A stretch of DNA of 63,968 nucleotides, counting the filler, from a bacterium (GTDB lineage Bacteria > JBDRGX01), in assembly GCA_043817485.1 (NCBI GenBank). It is 6 parts of 6 records of this genome, joined end to end, with 100 filler letters (N's around TTAATTAATTAA, not from the genome) between each part and the next. Parts side by side here need not be neighbours in the genome. Positions count along the whole stretch, not along the records: positions 1 to 22,238 come from JBDRGX010000055.1; 5 more parts are not named here. One strand, 5' to 3'. The notes under the pieces were generated by a model. That model saw nothing but the letters and a program-made list of their open reading frames with translations. It searched no databases and was not told the origin of the DNA. Shown here piece by piece: positions 1 to 11,221 of this stretch; within the stretch, counting starts at the first letter, position 1, and each line of letters opens with the position of its first letter. The position numbers and the translations under genes are program-made.

Positions 1-178
1 GATATAAAAAAACAAAATATTCTCAAGTTTGAACAAGGCCAATAATTTTATACTAATTTACGAAAAATAAAGCGACAAAAAAAAGCACTAAATCTGTTTG
101 TGCGAACGCAAAAAAAGCATACATTGAAAGAGCTAACAACAAAGCCAACACAGTTATCTTGAAGGACACATTATTAAA

Positions 179-889
179 ATGAAACAATATATAAGTGATA
201 TTCTTGTTTGGTTTTTTATTTTAATATTAATATTAGGATGTAAAATAACCACAAGAATGGAAAAAAATCTAAAAAACACAAATTCTCTTCAAAAAATATC
301 AAAAAAGGACTGTAAAGGGAGGGTTGAAATGAACGAGAAATTGAATGTCTTCCTCTTTGCTAATATCGAAAAAAAGGGGAATGAACTTAAGATTGAATAT
401 ACCCTGAGCAATAGATTAGATTGTGAAATATTTATTTTTAATCAACTTTTTCAAACTGATATGAAAGGTAATCAAACATTAGATCCAAATATTTGTTATA
501 CAATTTTAGATGATGAAACAATATGTATTTCTAAACAGCTAATGAAAATACCAGAAGAATTAAAGGCCGAAGCTCCTGAAATTCCATATTTAACTCGAAT
601 TTCTCCAATGGAAATATTTAAAGAATCCATTAATCTAACTTTACCTTTACATATTAACACTCCTTATATCGAGTCATATTTTAAGCATAAAAAAATTACA
701 AAAGAAAAAATAAAATTTATCATAGGTTATATAATTCCCTCAGAAAGTGAAATAATCCGTATTAAAGAAGCAAAAATTAAAAATGAAACAGTATTTTTAA
801 TGAAAAGTTACGGCATAGGGGTTATGCATCAAAAATTTGTTGAATCTAAACCTTTTATGATGTCAATTCCAATACTACTACCAAAATAA
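179..889 (+). CDS. hypothetical protein, possibly lipoprotein/secreted
   Basis: 236-aa ORF; hydrophobic N-terminus ending LILGC; alternative ATG at 329 has a strong RBS (gggagg). Confidence 0.6.
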   Translation: MKQYISDILVWFFILILILGCKITTRMEKNLKNTNSLQKISKKDCKGRVEMNEKLNVFLFANIEKKGNELKIEYTLSNRLDCEIFIFNQLFQTDMKGNQTLDPNICYTILDDETICISKQLMKIPEELKAEAPEIPYLTRISPMEIFKESINLTLPLHINTPYIESYFKHKKITKEKIKFIIGYIIPSESEIIRIKEAKIKNETVFLMKSYGIGVMHQKFVESKPFMMSIPILLPK

Positions 890-1209
890 TGGGTGGTATC
901 CTTAAATATATAAAGTCCAATAAAATAGTTGACATTGGTTATAAGATAAAGTAGACCTCTATGAATTTATGCAAACGTTACTAATTAGCTTTTAATATAT
1001 TTTAGTTTGACAAATTAATCCTTGTGTATATTAAAAAAATTCATTATTCATTAATAAAATTTACCAAATTAGAATATTAATAATTTTTGAAATTCATAAA
1101 AACAATTTAAGTAAGAATTATTTTACTTAAGTTATTTAACAATAAGTCTATAGTTTTTTAAAAAATGCTAAATATATAAATTTATTTTCAAAAAAAAGGA
1201 GAAATAAAT

Positions 1210-3426
1210 TTGGAAAAAAATTTAGTTATTGTTGAATCACCAGCCAAATGTAAAACAATAAGTAAAATATTAGGTAAAAATTATATAATTAAAGCATCAA
1301 TGGGACATGTTATGGATTTACCTAAAAAAGAATTAGGAATTGACATAGATAAAGATTTTAAGCCTCATTATGTAATTATTCCAAGTAGAAAAAAAATAAT
1401 AAATGAATTAATTAAATGTGCAAAAGAATCAAATAATATTTATTTAGCTACTGACCCAGATAGAGAAGGAGAAGCTATTGGTTGGCATATTGCTTCTTTG
1501 TTTAAAAAAAAAGTTGTATATCGCATTACATTCAACGAAATTACAGAACAAGCAATAACTTCATCTTTAAAAAATCCCAGACAAATTGATATGAATAAAG
1601 TAAATGCTCAACAAACAAGAAGAATATTAGATAGATTAGTAGGTTATCAAATAAGTCCTCTTCTTTGGCAATGTTTAAAAGAAAATTTAAGTGCTGGTAG
1701 AGTTCAATCTATAGCCACAAGACTAATTTGTGAAAGAGAAAAAGCAATTGAAAAATTTATTCCTCAAGAATATTGGGAAATTATAGCAAATTTAGAAACT
1801 AAATCACATGAAAAAATAGAATCAAAATTATTAAAATATAAACAAAAAAAAATAGAAATTTTTAATGAAACTCAATCTAAAGAATTGATTGAAACAATAA
1901 AAGCAAAAGAATTTATTGTTGACAAAGTTAAATTTCAAGAAAAAAAGAAATTTCCATATCCTCCATTTATTACTTCGACTCTTCAACAAGAATCTTACAA
2001 AAAATTAGGATTTCCTACTGAAAAAACTATGAGAATAGCTCAACAACTTTATGAAGGATTAAAAATAAGTAATGAAACAATAGGATTGATTACTTATATG
2101 AGAACAGATTCTACACGAATTTCCCAAGATGCTATTAAAGAGACTCGAGATTATATTGTAAAAAAATTCAACAAAGAATATTGTCCAGAAAAACCTAATT
2201 ATTATGCTTCTAAATCCAGTGCTCAAGATGCACATGAAGCAATTAGACCTACTTTTATTGAAAAAGAACCAGAAAAAATTAAAAATGAACTTACTCCAGA
2301 ACAATTTAAACTTTATGAACTTATTTGGAATAGATTTTTAAGTTGTCAAATGGCTCCTGCTCTATTAGCAATAACAACAATTGATATTTTATCTGGAGAT
2401 TATCTTTTTAGAACAAGCGGAACAATAATTAAATTTTATGGATTTATGAAAATTTATCAAGAAGAAGAAGAAGAAAACAAAAATGAAAATATTTTACCTT
2501 CTATTTGTGAAAAAGAAATTTTGCAATTATTAGATTTAATTCCTTCTCAACATTTCACAAAACCACCTGCTCGATTTACAGAAGCAACATTAGTAAAAGA
2601 ATTAGAACAACAGGGAATAGGTAGACCAAGTACTTATGCAACTATTATCAATACTATTCAATTACGAAATTATGTAAAAAAAGAAAAAGGGAAATTTTAT
2701 CCCACGGAATTAGGGATTGTTGTAAATGATATTTTAGTAAAAAATTTTCCTAAAATACTTGATATAGCATTTACTGCTCATTTAGAAGAAGATTTAGATA
2801 GAATAGAAAAAGGTGATAGAGAATGGAAAAAAATTCTTATTGAATTTTATAAACCATTTTATCAAGAATTACAAAATGCAAAATTAGAACTTAAAGGAAT
2901 TAAAAATAAATTAGAAACAAGTACTGATGAAGTTTGTGAACTTTGTGGTTGTGCAATGAAAATAAAATGGGGACGATATGGTAAATTTCTTGCTTGTGCT
3001 GAATTTCCAAAATGTAAAAATACTAAAAACATTTTCTCAAAAGAATCAGAATCTTCTAAAAAAGATATAAAACAATTAGAAGAAAAATGTTCTTTATGTG
3101 GAGGAGATCTTTTAATAAAAGCCAGTAAATTTGGTGAATTTGTTGCTTGTAATAATTATCCAAAATGTAAATTTACTAAGCCAATTAGTTTTAATATAAA
3201 ATGTCCAGAAAAAGATTGTTCTGGAGAAATAATAAAACGAAAAAGTAAAAAAGGAAAAATATTTTGGCATTGTACTAAATATCCAGAATGTAAATTTATA
3301 AATTGGTATAAACCAGTAAATAAAACTTGTCCAACTTGTAATAATAATTTTTTAATTGAAAAAGGAAATAAACTAAAATGCGGAAATAAAGAATGTGCAT
3401 ATGAAGCAGAACAAGAAGAAGCATAG
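1210..3426 (+). CDS. topA: DNA topoisomerase I with C-terminal zinc ribbons
   Basis: LVIVESPAK, ATDPDREGEAI, SAGRVQS, ITYMRTDS motifs; repeated C4 zinc fingers; aggag RBS. Confidence 0.98.
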   Translation: MEKNLVIVESPAKCKTISKILGKNYIIKASMGHVMDLPKKELGIDIDKDFKPHYVIIPSRKKIINELIKCAKESNNIYLATDPDREGEAIGWHIASLFKKKVVYRITFNEITEQAITSSLKNPRQIDMNKVNAQQTRRILDRLVGYQISPLLWQCLKENLSAGRVQSIATRLICEREKAIEKFIPQEYWEIIANLETKSHEKIESKLLKYKQKKIEIFNETQSKELIETIKAKEFIVDKVKFQEKKKFPYPPFITSTLQQESYKKLGFPTEKTMRIAQQLYEGLKISNETIGLITYMRTDSTRISQDAIKETRDYIVKKFNKEYCPEKPNYYASKSSAQDAHEAIRPTFIEKEPEKIKNELTPEQFKLYELIWNRFLSCQMAPALLAITTIDILSGDYLFRTSGTIIKFYGFMKIYQEEEEENKNENILPSICEKEILQLLDLIPSQHFTKPPARFTEATLVKELEQQGIGRPSTYATIINTIQLRNYVKKEKGKFYPTELGIVVNDILVKNFPKILDIAFTAHLEEDLDRIEKGDREWKKILIEFYKPFYQELQNAKLELKGIKNKLETSTDEVCELCGCAMKIKWGRYGKFLACAEFPKCKNTKNIFSKESESSKKDIKQLEEKCSLCGGDLLIKASKFGEFVACNNYPKCKFTKPISFNIKCPEKDCSGEIIKRKSKKGKIFWHCTKYPECKFINWYKPVNKTCPTCNNNFLIEKGNKLKCGNKECAYEAEQEEA

Positions 3427-3493
3427 TTTATTTTTCATAAAAATCATTTAAAGTTTTTTAAAAAAACAACACAATAAAATTATAAAAAATTGA

Positions 3494-4525
3494 TTAACTA
3501 ATTTCATTTGGATAAATTAATACTTTTATTGCTTCACCTGTTTTTAATAAATTAAGCCCTGCATGAATTTTAGAAAGAGGCAATTTATGTGTAATTAAAT
3601 TTTCTAAATTAATTATATTTTTTTGTAAAAAATTTAAAGTAGATGAATATGATTGAGAAGAAGTAGAACCATAAATTGTTATTTCAGAAGAAGTAATTTT
3701 ATTTTGGAATATTTCTGTTTTTGTTTGTTTATTTTCTCCTAAAAGAATAATTTTCCCTTGTACTTGTACCAATTTAAAAGCAAATTTTAATAAACTTCCT
3801 ACAGTATCAATAACTATATGTGCTCCTATTTTAGTTTTTTCTAAAACTACTTTTTCTAAATTTTCTTCAATAGGATTTATAACAAAATCTGCTCCACATT
3901 TTAAAGCAAAATTTCTGCGATATTTATTTATTTCAGAAGCAATAATCATTTTCGGATTAAAGGTTTTAAGTAATTTTATACAAATTAAACCTATTAATCC
4001 AGTTCCTAAAACTACTACATTAAAATCTGGTAAAATTTTTATTTTTTCTAAAGCATTCATTACATAAGATAAAGATTCTGTAAAAATGGCTATTTCTGAA
4101 TTTAAATCATCTGGAATAGAATATAAAGTAGAACTTGGAACAACACTATATTCTGCTAATCCTCCATCAACAGAAATACCTAAATAAGATAAATTTTCGC
4201 AAAAATGTGGTAAATTATTTTGACAATATTTACAAAAAAGACAGGAAATACTTGGATTAACTACAACTTTTTGACCTATTTTAAAATCATGAACATTTTT
4301 ACCTACTTCTAAAATAGATCCAATATATTCATGTCCTAAAATTATTTCTGGAATAGCAAGATAATTTGAAGGTTTTTCTAAAATATTAATGTCAGTATTA
4401 CAAATGCTCGCCAATTCAATTTTTAACAATACTTCATTTTCTTTTTTAATTGTTGGAAAAATTACATTTTTTAAAACTAATTTTCCTTCTTCAAATACAG
4501 CCCCTAACATTTCTTTTTTTAACAT
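3494..4525 (-). CDS. Zn-dependent alcohol/polyol dehydrogenase (MDR family)
   Basis: ICNTD, LGHE, CxxCxxC...C structural Zn site, GTGLIG Rossmann motif. Confidence 0.9.
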   Translation of the reverse strand: MLKKEMLGAVFEEGKLVLKNVIFPTIKKENEVLLKIELASICNTDINILEKPSNYLAIPEIILGHEYIGSILEVGKNVHDFKIGQKVVVNPSISCLFCKYCQNNLPHFCENLSYLGISVDGGLAEYSVVPSSTLYSIPDDLNSEIAIFTESLSYVMNALEKIKILPDFNVVVLGTGLIGLICIKLLKTFNPKMIIASEINKYRRNFALKCGADFVINPIEENLEKVVLEKTKIGAHIVIDTVGSLLKFAFKLVQVQGKIILLGENKQTKTEIFQNKITSSEITIYGSTSSQSYSSTLNFLQKNIINLENLITHKLPLSKIHAGLNLLKTGEAIKVLIYPNEIS

Positions 4526-4619
4526 TAAAAAATCTCCTATGCCCCATACTTCTTTTTGCTTTTAAAAATAATACCAAGTTGTAATTAAAAGTAAAACAAT
4601 ATGTAATAAAAATTAAAAA

Positions 4620-5558
4620 TTATTTTTTGTTTTCAATTTGTAAAAATTCATATTTAGATTGTTCTACATCTTTTTTTATTTGAATAATCAATTCTTCTGA
4701 ATTAGAAAATTTGATTTCATCTCTTAGTTTTTTAATAAAAGAAACTTTTAAATGCTCATGATAAATATCTTTATCAAAATCAAAAATAAATACCTCTATG
4801 TGAAAATTATTATTTTCAAAAAAAGTAGGACGAAATCCTATATTAACTAATCCTTGAAAATAATTTTCCTTGTAAGTAATATAACATAAATAAACTCCTC
4901 TTGGAGGAATAACAACATTATGTATTTTGAGATTCGTAGTAGGAAACCCTAATTTTTTACCTCGACCATTTCCTTTAATTACTTTTCCTAATATAGAATA
5001 AGGTCTTTCTAAAAATTTTTCTACTAAATTTAATTTACCATTTGTTATTAATTTACGAATTTCTGTGCTATTTACTTTAATATTATCTAAATCAAATATT
5101 TTTATAATATTAAGTTTAACATTATATTTTTGACATAAATTTTTCAAAATATCAATATTGCCTGTTTTATCTTTTCCAAAAGAAAAATTTTCTCCTATAA
5201 ATATTTCTTTACAATTTATTTTTTCTATTAAAATTTTTTCAAAAAATTCATTTGGAGTTAAATTAGAAAAATGTTTAGTAAATTCTGTTAAAACTAAAAT
5301 ATCTATATTGAGTTTTTTTAATTTATCAATTTTTTCATGCAATGAAATTAATTGTTTTGGATTTTTTTCTGGAAAAAGAAGTGAAAATGGATGTGATTCA
5401 AAAGTAAAAACTAAACTATGACCTTTAATTTCATAAGCTCTTTCAATAACTTTTTTAATAATAAATTGATGTCCTATATGCAATCCATCAAATTTTCCCA
5501 AAGTCATTACAATATTTTCATATTTTGTAAAATTAGAAAGATCTCTTATAATATCCAT
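4620..5558 (-). CDS. ribF: bifunctional riboflavin kinase/FAD synthetase
   Basis: GKFDGLHIGH, GRGKKLGFPTTN, NIGFRPTF motifs. Confidence 0.96.
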   Translation of the reverse strand: MDIIRDLSNFTKYENIVMTLGKFDGLHIGHQFIIKKVIERAYEIKGHSLVFTFESHPFSLLFPEKNPKQLISLHEKIDKLKKLNIDILVLTEFTKHFSNLTPNEFFEKILIEKINCKEIFIGENFSFGKDKTGNIDILKNLCQKYNVKLNIIKIFDLDNIKVNSTEIRKLITNGKLNLVEKFLERPYSILGKVIKGNGRGKKLGFPTTNLKIHNVVIPPRGVYLCYITYKENYFQGLVNIGFRPTFFENNNFHIEVFIFDFDKDIYHEHLKVSFIKKLRDEIKFSNSEELIIQIKKDVEQSKYEFLQIENKK

Positions 5559-5559
5559 T

Positions 5560-6994
5560 TTATAATTTTTGTTTTAATAATTCATTGATTATATGCGGAT
5601 TTGCTTTTCCTTTTGTTTTTTTCATTATTTGTCCTATTAAAAAGCCCATTGATTCTTTTTTTCCATTTTTAATTTTTTCGACAACATCTTTATTTTCTGC
5701 AATTATTTCATCAATCACTTCTAATAAAAATTTTTCATCAGAAATTTGAGTAAATCCTTTTTCTTTAATAATTTCTTGAGATGTTTTTTTAGTTTCAAAC
5801 ATTTCTACAAAAATTTCTTTAGCCATATTTCTATTAATAATTTTTTCATCTATAAAAACTAAAAGATCTATTAAATCTTTTGGTTTAATAGAAAAATCTT
5901 TTATTGATATTTTTTTTTTCTTTTAAACAAGCTAAAATTTCTCCAATTATCCAATTAGCAATATTTTTATAATCAGAATAATAAGAAGTACATTCTTCAA
6001 AATAATTAGCCAAATGTTTATCAGAAACTAAAATTTTAACAGAAGCATAATCTAATTTATATTGATCTATAAAGCGTTTTTCTTTTGCTGAAGGTAATTC
6101 TACAATAGTTTTTTTAATTTCTTCTAACCAATTTTTATCAATTACAATTGGCATAAGATCTGGTTCTGGAAAATATCTATAATCATGAGATTTTTCTTTA
6201 CTTCGCATTTCTAAAGTTTTTTGCAAAGATTCATCCCATAATTTTGTTCCATGAACTATTTTACCACCTTTTTTAATAATTTCTATTTGATGAATTATTT
6301 CATATTTTAAAGATTTTTCTACATTTTTAAAAGAATTAAGGTTTTTAATTTCTGTTTTTACTCCAGTTATTCCATCAACTTCTATGGAAATATTTGCATC
6401 ACAACGTAGACTTCCTTCATCCATATTGCAATCTGATACTTCTATATATTCAAGAATTTTTTTTAAATTTGATAAATATTCATAAGCTTGCTCTGGGGAA
6501 TGAATATCAGGGTCTGTCACAATTTCCATCAAAGGAATTCCAGATCTATTAAAATCTACAAAACTATTTTCTGCTTTATTTATATCATCTCCAAGATGAA
6601 TTAATTTTCCAGCATCTTCTTCTAAATGAACTCTTGTTATTCCTATTTTATAAAGTGTATTATCTAAAAATATTTCAAAATAACCATTTTGAGAAAGAGG
6701 TTCATCATATTGAGAAATTTGAAAATTTTTAGGTAAATCAGGATAAAAATAATTTTTACGAGCAAATTTACTAAAAGAAGCAATTTGACAATTAAGAGAA
6801 ATTGCTGTTTTTATTGTATGTTCTAAAGCTTTTTTATTAAGAACTGGCAGACTTCCTGGTAATCCTAAACAAACTGGACAAGTCAAAGTATTAGGGCTTT
6901 TACCAAATAAAGTAGAACATCCACAAAATAATTTAGTTTTTGTTTTTAATTGAACATGTGTTTCTAAACCAATTACAACTTTATAATTAGCCAT
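5560..6994 (-). CDS. gatB: Asp/Glu-tRNA amidotransferase subunit B, split by one extra A in an A10 run at 5910-5919
   Basis: IGLETHVQL, YFYPDLPK, HLEEDAGK, DYRYFPEPDL in 5885-6994; Yqey-type C-terminus (GFLIGQIMKKTKGKANP) in 5560-5826; removing one A joins them. Confidence 0.93.
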
Positions 6995-7041
6995 TTTTTT
7001 ATTTTCCTTTTATTAATATTGTTAAAAATATAAATATTTTC

Positions 7042-7863
7042 TTACTTTTCTATCAAAGTTTTGTCAATAAATTTTTGCATTATTTTTTGAGTGATTTTCC
7101 CAATTTTTCCATTACCAATAATTCTTTTATCTACTTCTATCACAGGAATAATTCCTTGAGTAGTGCAAGTAATAAAACATTCATCAGCATTATATAAATC
7201 ATAACGAGTTAAAAAAGTTTCTTTACATTCTATATTTAATTCATTAGCAATTTCACAAATTACATCTCGTGTTATTCCTTTTAAAATCCCTACACAAGAA
7301 TGAGGAGTTAATAAAATATTTTCCAAAACAAGAAAAATATTAGAATAAGTACCTTCTGCTAAAAATCCGTTTTTATTTAACATAATTACTTCATTTGTGT
7401 TCAAAGCATCTTTTAAAGCTAAAATATTATTTAAACAACTAAGTGTTTTTATTCTTGGATTTTCTGTTTCTATCTCTTTTCTTCTTAAACTTGATGTTGT
7501 TATTTTTATTTCTTGAAGGAAAATAGATAAAGGAGTGCAAATAATTATTATTACAGGGTTTTGATAATTACTTAAACTTAATCTAATTCGTATTTCTGAA
7601 AATTTACAAGAATTTATAATTTTTTTTAAAGCATTTTTTAATTTTTGAAAAGTTAATGGAACTTGTAAATTTAAAGCTTTAGCAGAAGCAAAAAATCTTT
7701 TCAAATGATCATCTTGTCTAAAAATTTTCCCTTGATAAGTACGAAAAGTTTCAAAAATACCATTACTAAATAAATTTTCTTCATTTTGAAAATTAGTAAT
7801 TTTAATATTTTTTAAAGATGAAAATTTATTATTGATATATAAATATATTTTTGCTTTTTCCAT
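7042..7863 (-). CDS. class IV aminotransferase (IlvE/PabC-like)
   Basis: GIFETFR, AEGTYSNIF, ILKGITR, ADECF motifs. Confidence 0.88.
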   Translation of the reverse strand: MEKAKIYLYINNKFSSLKNIKITNFQNEENLFSNGIFETFRTYQGKIFRQDDHLKRFFASAKALNLQVPLTFQKLKNALKKIINSCKFSEIRIRLSLSNYQNPVIIIICTPLSIFLQEIKITTSSLRRKEIETENPRIKTLSCLNNILALKDALNTNEVIMLNKNGFLAEGTYSNIFLVLENILLTPHSCVGILKGITRDVICEIANELNIECKETFLTRYDLYNADECFITCTTQGIIPVIEVDKRIIGNGKIGKITQKIMQKFIDKTLIEK

Positions 7864-8002
7864 TTTTTTATTTTAAATTTTATTTGTTAATAAGTTTTTT
7901 GTATAGCAAATATTTTGTTTCTAATTAAACTCACTTTTTCAAGAAATAAAGATAAGGAATATTGATAATATCAAGCAAAATAAAACATCTTCTTTGAATT
8001 TA

Positions 8003-8800
8003 TTAAAAATTCTTTTTTATATACTCTACAGCATTTCTAAATACTTGTACTCCCATTCCTTCTTGTGGTAGGTTTTTTTCTCGTGTCCATCGTGGATGAT
8101 TAGTTTGACAAAGATATGCTTCTGGATGAGGCATTAACCCAAAAATTTTACCAGTAGGATCACAAATGCCAGCAATGTCATCCATAGCACCATTCGGATT
8201 TTCAGGATATTTTCCATTAACAGATTTTCCATTTTCATCTACATAAGAAAAAACAATTTGATTTTGAGTATGAAGTTTTTTTAAAACATTTTCATCTTTT
8301 GTAATAAAATTACCTTCTCCATGTCTTACTGGTAAATATATTAAATCTATTCCTTGAGTAAAAATACAAGAAGATGATTTGTTTGCTTTAAGATATACCC
8401 AACGATTTTCAAATTTTCCAGAATTATTAAAAGTTAAAGTAGTTAATTGTTGTTTATAATTTTCATCAAAACCAGGCAAAATTCCTAATTTTACCATTAC
8501 TTGAAAACCATTACAAATACCAATAATTAATTTTTTATCTTTAATAAATTGCTCAAGAGATTCTTGTAAATTGAATTTGAATTTATTAGCTAAAACTTTT
8601 CCAGAAGCAATATCATCTCCAAAAGAAAATCCACCAGGAAAAGCTAATATTTGATAAGAAAGCATGTTTTTTTCACCACTAATTAAATCATTAAGATGTA
8701 CTCTTTCTGCTTCTGCACCTACCATTTGAAAAGCTTCTAAAGTTTCATAATCACAATTTATTCCAAATCCAGTTAATACTAATACTTTTGGTTTCAACAT
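8003..8800 (-). CDS. purQ: FGAM synthase glutaminase subunit
   Basis: FPGGFSFGD, GICNGFQ, GLMPHPE; start placed at ATG 8800 after aggag. Confidence 0.95.
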   Translation of the reverse strand: MLKPKVLVLTGFGINCDYETLEAFQMVGAEAERVHLNDLISGEKNMLSYQILAFPGGFSFGDDIASGKVLANKFKFNLQESLEQFIKDKKLIIGICNGFQVMVKLGILPGFDENYKQQLTTLTFNNSGKFENRWVYLKANKSSSCIFTQGIDLIYLPVRHGEGNFITKDENVLKKLHTQNQIVFSYVDENGKSVNGKYPENPNGAMDDIAGICDPTGKIFGLMPHPEAYLCQTNHPRWTREKNLPQEGMGVQVFRNAVEYIKKNF

Positions 8801-8856
8801 ATTTCTCCTTTTTTTTCTTATTTTCAAAATTCAAAAAATTCATTATTTAAGCAATT

Positions 8857-9360
8857 TTACAATAATGCCTGTTTAATCAATCTCAAATTAGAAATGTCTT
8901 CCTTATTATATTCTAACAAAGTTATTAATGATTTTTTATCATTATATAATTTATAGTTATTCCACAAATCAATAGCAACTTTTCCATCAACTTCAAGTAA
9001 TTTTCTTGTAATTCCCAAATTTTGTTCAACTTTTTTTTGACCACCATATAAATTTCGTTTCCAACATTCATACATTAAATCTTTATGATTACAATAATTT
9101 GTAATATTTATTTTTATTTTTTCTTCAATAAACGGCAAATCAAATTTCTCTCCATTATAAGTATATATTACTTCTACATTTTCTATTATTTTAAGTAATT
9201 TTTCAGCAGATATTTCATTTTCAATTAGTTGAATAATTTTATGTTCATTTTTATTTTCTATATATAAACCAATTACTGTTAAATCACTTGAAAATGGACT
9301 TAATCCCGTTGTTTCTATATCAAGATACGCAATGGTTTTTGTTTCAATTAAAGAATTCAT
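8857..9360 (-). CDS. RNase H-like/DnaQ-type exonuclease (YprB-like)
   Basis: YLDIETTGL, TYNGEKFDLP, LLEYNKED; start at ATG 9360 after aagga. Confidence 0.85.
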   Translation of the reverse strand: MNSLIETKTIAYLDIETTGLSPFSSDLTVIGLYIENKNEHKIIQLIENEISAEKLLKIIENVEVIYTYNGEKFDLPFIEEKIKINITNYCNHKDLMYECWKRNLYGGQKKVEQNLGITRKLLEVDGKVAIDLWNNYKLYNDKKSLITLLEYNKEDISNLRLIKQALL

Positions 9361-9382
9361 TTTTTCCTTTTTATCATTTTTT

Positions 9383-10234
9383 TTAATTTTTAAAGTCAAA
9401 TAAATTATTACTTAGTGTTACAAATTTTTGTATTGTAATTGCTTCAGCTCTAAGTAAAGGATCTATTTCTGATTGTAAAATTATTTCTTTTAATTTTTCT
9501 TTATCTATTTTCAGAAAAGAAGAATTCCAAAGAGAATTTAATAAAGTTTTTCTTCTTTTGTTAAAAGCACTTTTTATGACTTGAAAGAAAAAATCCTCAT
9601 TTTTTACTTCAAATAATGGTTTTTCATAAGGAATAATTTTTACAAGAGCAGAATTTACTTTTGGTTTTGGAGAAAAATTTTCTCGAGAAATTTTAGTTAA
9701 AATTTCTGCTTTTGCAAAATATTGAACAGATATAGATAAAATTCCATATTTTTTAGTTTTTGGAGATGAAATAATTCTTTCTGCCACTTCTGCTTGAACC
9801 ATTATTATTATTTCAGAAATATATTTTCTATTTTCAAGCATTTTTCTAATAATAGGATTAGCAATATAATAAGGAAGATTGCCTACAACTTTTATTTTTT
9901 TTTGATATTTTTCAAATAAATTAACAATATCTAAATCTAAAATATTTTGTTCTATAATTTCGATATTAGAATAATCTTTAAATTCGTCGTTTAAAATTTT
10001 CAAAAAGGTTTTATCTATTTCAACAGCGATTACATTATTTGCTAAAAAAGATACTTGCTGTGTTAAAATACCTAATCCAGCACCTATTTCTAATACAACA
10101 TTTTCTTTTTTCAAATCAAAACATTCTATTATTTTAGAAATTATTTTTTGAGAAAATATAAAATGCTGTCCTAATTGTTTATTTGCTTTAATTTTATATT
10201 TATTAAGTAAATATTGAGAAAATAATATTTGCAT
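9383..10234 (-). CDS. rsmA: 16S rRNA m6(2)A dimethyltransferase
   Basis: LGQHF, LEIGAGLG, VGNLPYYI, PKVNSA. Confidence 0.95.
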   Translation of the reverse strand: MQILFSQYLLNKYKIKANKQLGQHFIFSQKIISKIIECFDLKKENVVLEIGAGLGILTQQVSFLANNVIAVEIDKTFLKILNDEFKDYSNIEIIEQNILDLDIVNLFEKYQKKIKVVGNLPYYIANPIIRKMLENRKYISEIIIMVQAEVAERIISSPKTKKYGILSISVQYFAKAEILTKISRENFSPKPKVNSALVKIIPYEKPLFEVKNEDFFFQVIKSAFNKRRKTLLNSLWNSSFLKIDKEKLKEIILQSEIDPLLRAEAITIQKFVTLSNNLFDFKN

Positions 10235-10381
10235 TTTTTTTTAAATGTTAATGTTCAATGTTTATATTTTATTTTCTTGACTGAAAAATAAAATGTCATT
10301 ATATTTATAAAACTTATTTTTGTCAATGAAAAAAAAGAATGGTTCCTATATGGTGACATCAACCAAAAAAAAGGTAAAAAT

Positions 10382-11209
10382 ATGGTAAAAATTATAAATT
10401 TATTTTTAATTATTGTTTTAAGTTTTAATTTATTTGGTTGTAAAAAAAAACAAGATTTATTTTCTTTTACGCCCGATGAAATAAAGCAAAAAATAAACAT
10501 ATTTTTAGAAATAGAAAAAGAAAAATCTTATAAAAAAATTGAAAATATATATAAAATTCATTTTCAAAATATCGTTTTAAAAATGGATGAAAAATATCAA
10601 TTAGAAACAAATTTAAAAATTGAAAAAGCAAATAGAAATTGTGTTTTAAACCAAGAAGTTCATTTAAATAAAATTGTTTTATCTAAAGCAATGCAAAAAA
10701 TTTTTTACCTTTGGATGAAAGAAAGTTTAAGCAATTATAGACAAGTATCTAATAAAAAAAAAAGGGGGGAATATTTAAAATTTGCTCAAAATTTTTATGA
10801 AGGATTTCAATCACAAGTTAAAGAAATAGGATTATATTCAGAAAATGAAAATTTATTTGATGTAAAAATTCTTGAATCTTTTTCTTCTTTAAAAAAATAT
10901 ATAGACTCTCAAGATCAATGGAAAGAAGAATTGGAAATTAAAAAAATAGATGATATTTCTAAAGAAATTTTTGGGCTTTCTGTTTGTTATAAAATTAAAC
11001 AATTAGAAGAAATAAGAAAAAAAAATATAAATATTGCTCAAACAAAACTTACTGAAGCTGTTTTATATTATGATATTATTGTTGAGGAAATTATAAAAAA
11101 TAATCCTTATGGATATAAAACAATTTGTAAATCTTTTACTGGAGATTTATTTAAAATTGATGCAAAAATAATTGAAAAAGAAATTTTTTTAGGATTAAAA
11201 ATACTTTAA
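10382..11209 (+). CDS. hypothetical lipoprotein
   Basis: 275 aa with lipobox-like LFGC. Confidence 0.6.
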   Translation: MVKIINLFLIIVLSFNLFGCKKKQDLFSFTPDEIKQKINIFLEIEKEKSYKKIENIYKIHFQNIVLKMDEKYQLETNLKIEKANRNCVLNQEVHLNKIVLSKAMQKIFYLWMKESLSNYRQVSNKKKRGEYLKFAQNFYEGFQSQVKEIGLYSENENLFDVKILESFSSLKKYIDSQDQWKEELEIKKIDDISKEIFGLSVCYKIKQLEEIRKKNINIAQTKLTEAVLYYDIIVEEIIKNNPYGYKTICKSFTGDLFKIDAKIIEKEIFLGLKIL

Positions 11210-11221
11210 AAAAAACTAATT

